A stretch of 64,000 nucleotides of DNA from Gnetum montanum (lineage: Eukaryota > Plantae > Gnetophyta), in contig MNCI01001254.1 in the NCBI GenBank assembly GCA_015680685.1, positions 67,658 through 131,657 on the forward strand, in the 5' to 3' direction. The position numbers and the translations under genes were made by a program. Under the pieces are notes generated by a model that worked only from the letters and a program-made list of their open reading frames with translations, was not told the DNA's origin and did not search any database. Shown here piece by piece: positions 63,711 through 64,000 of the stretch. How positions within the stretch are numbered: the first letter of the stretch is position 1; every line of letters starts with the position of its first letter.

Positions 63711-64000
63711 GAAAAAATTAACAGAACAGTTACCACAAGAGTGGTATCATATTTGCCATTTAAATCGAAAGTTTGGTAACTAACATTTTTCTCGCTTAGA
63801 AATTGTTCCTAATGGGAGAATAAAGGCAGTGCAAGAAATCACAATAGTGTTACAATTTTGGTCCATATCACAAATGCTCAAAGTCTACATACACCATTGT
63901 TGTTGAGCATCGATGTGATAGAAGAATCAAAACACTCATCGCAACAAGTTCATGCAAAGGCATCAATGGTTGAAGGTCAATTTTGATTTATTTCTGCATC

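Overview
Repeat-rich, AT-rich vascular-plant genomic DNA holding a decaying immune-receptor cluster. It has three DUF26 cysteine-rich RLK (CRK) paralogs: a fragment at 1-174, an apparently intact gene at 1525-4341 and a pseudogene at 34777-37583. The latter two lie in a ~6.5 kb segmental duplication. A non-RD LRR-RLK pseudogene (16176-27720) is split by two insertions. Between CRK1 and the LRR-RLK is a complete, circularly permuted, ~1.1-unit endogenous caulimovirid genome (7293-14614, minus strand, unit length 6673 bp). It carries a tRNA-Met PBS, TATA and polyA signals, MP-CP-AP-RT-RH coding remnants and a well-preserved second ORF of unknown function. A ~1.3-1.4 kb non-autonomous DNA element with CTATGC/GCATAG termini and an 8-bp TSD occurs twice in opposite orientations, each time in a receptor gene, and could act as a self-made intron. 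The rest is LTR retrotransposons (an RT-less Tat-like element, an Athila-like element with an extra ORF, a CRM-like chromovirus, Copia remnants) and a LINE fragment. All identities are hand estimates and no database searches were run. The host species cannot be identified from the sequence.
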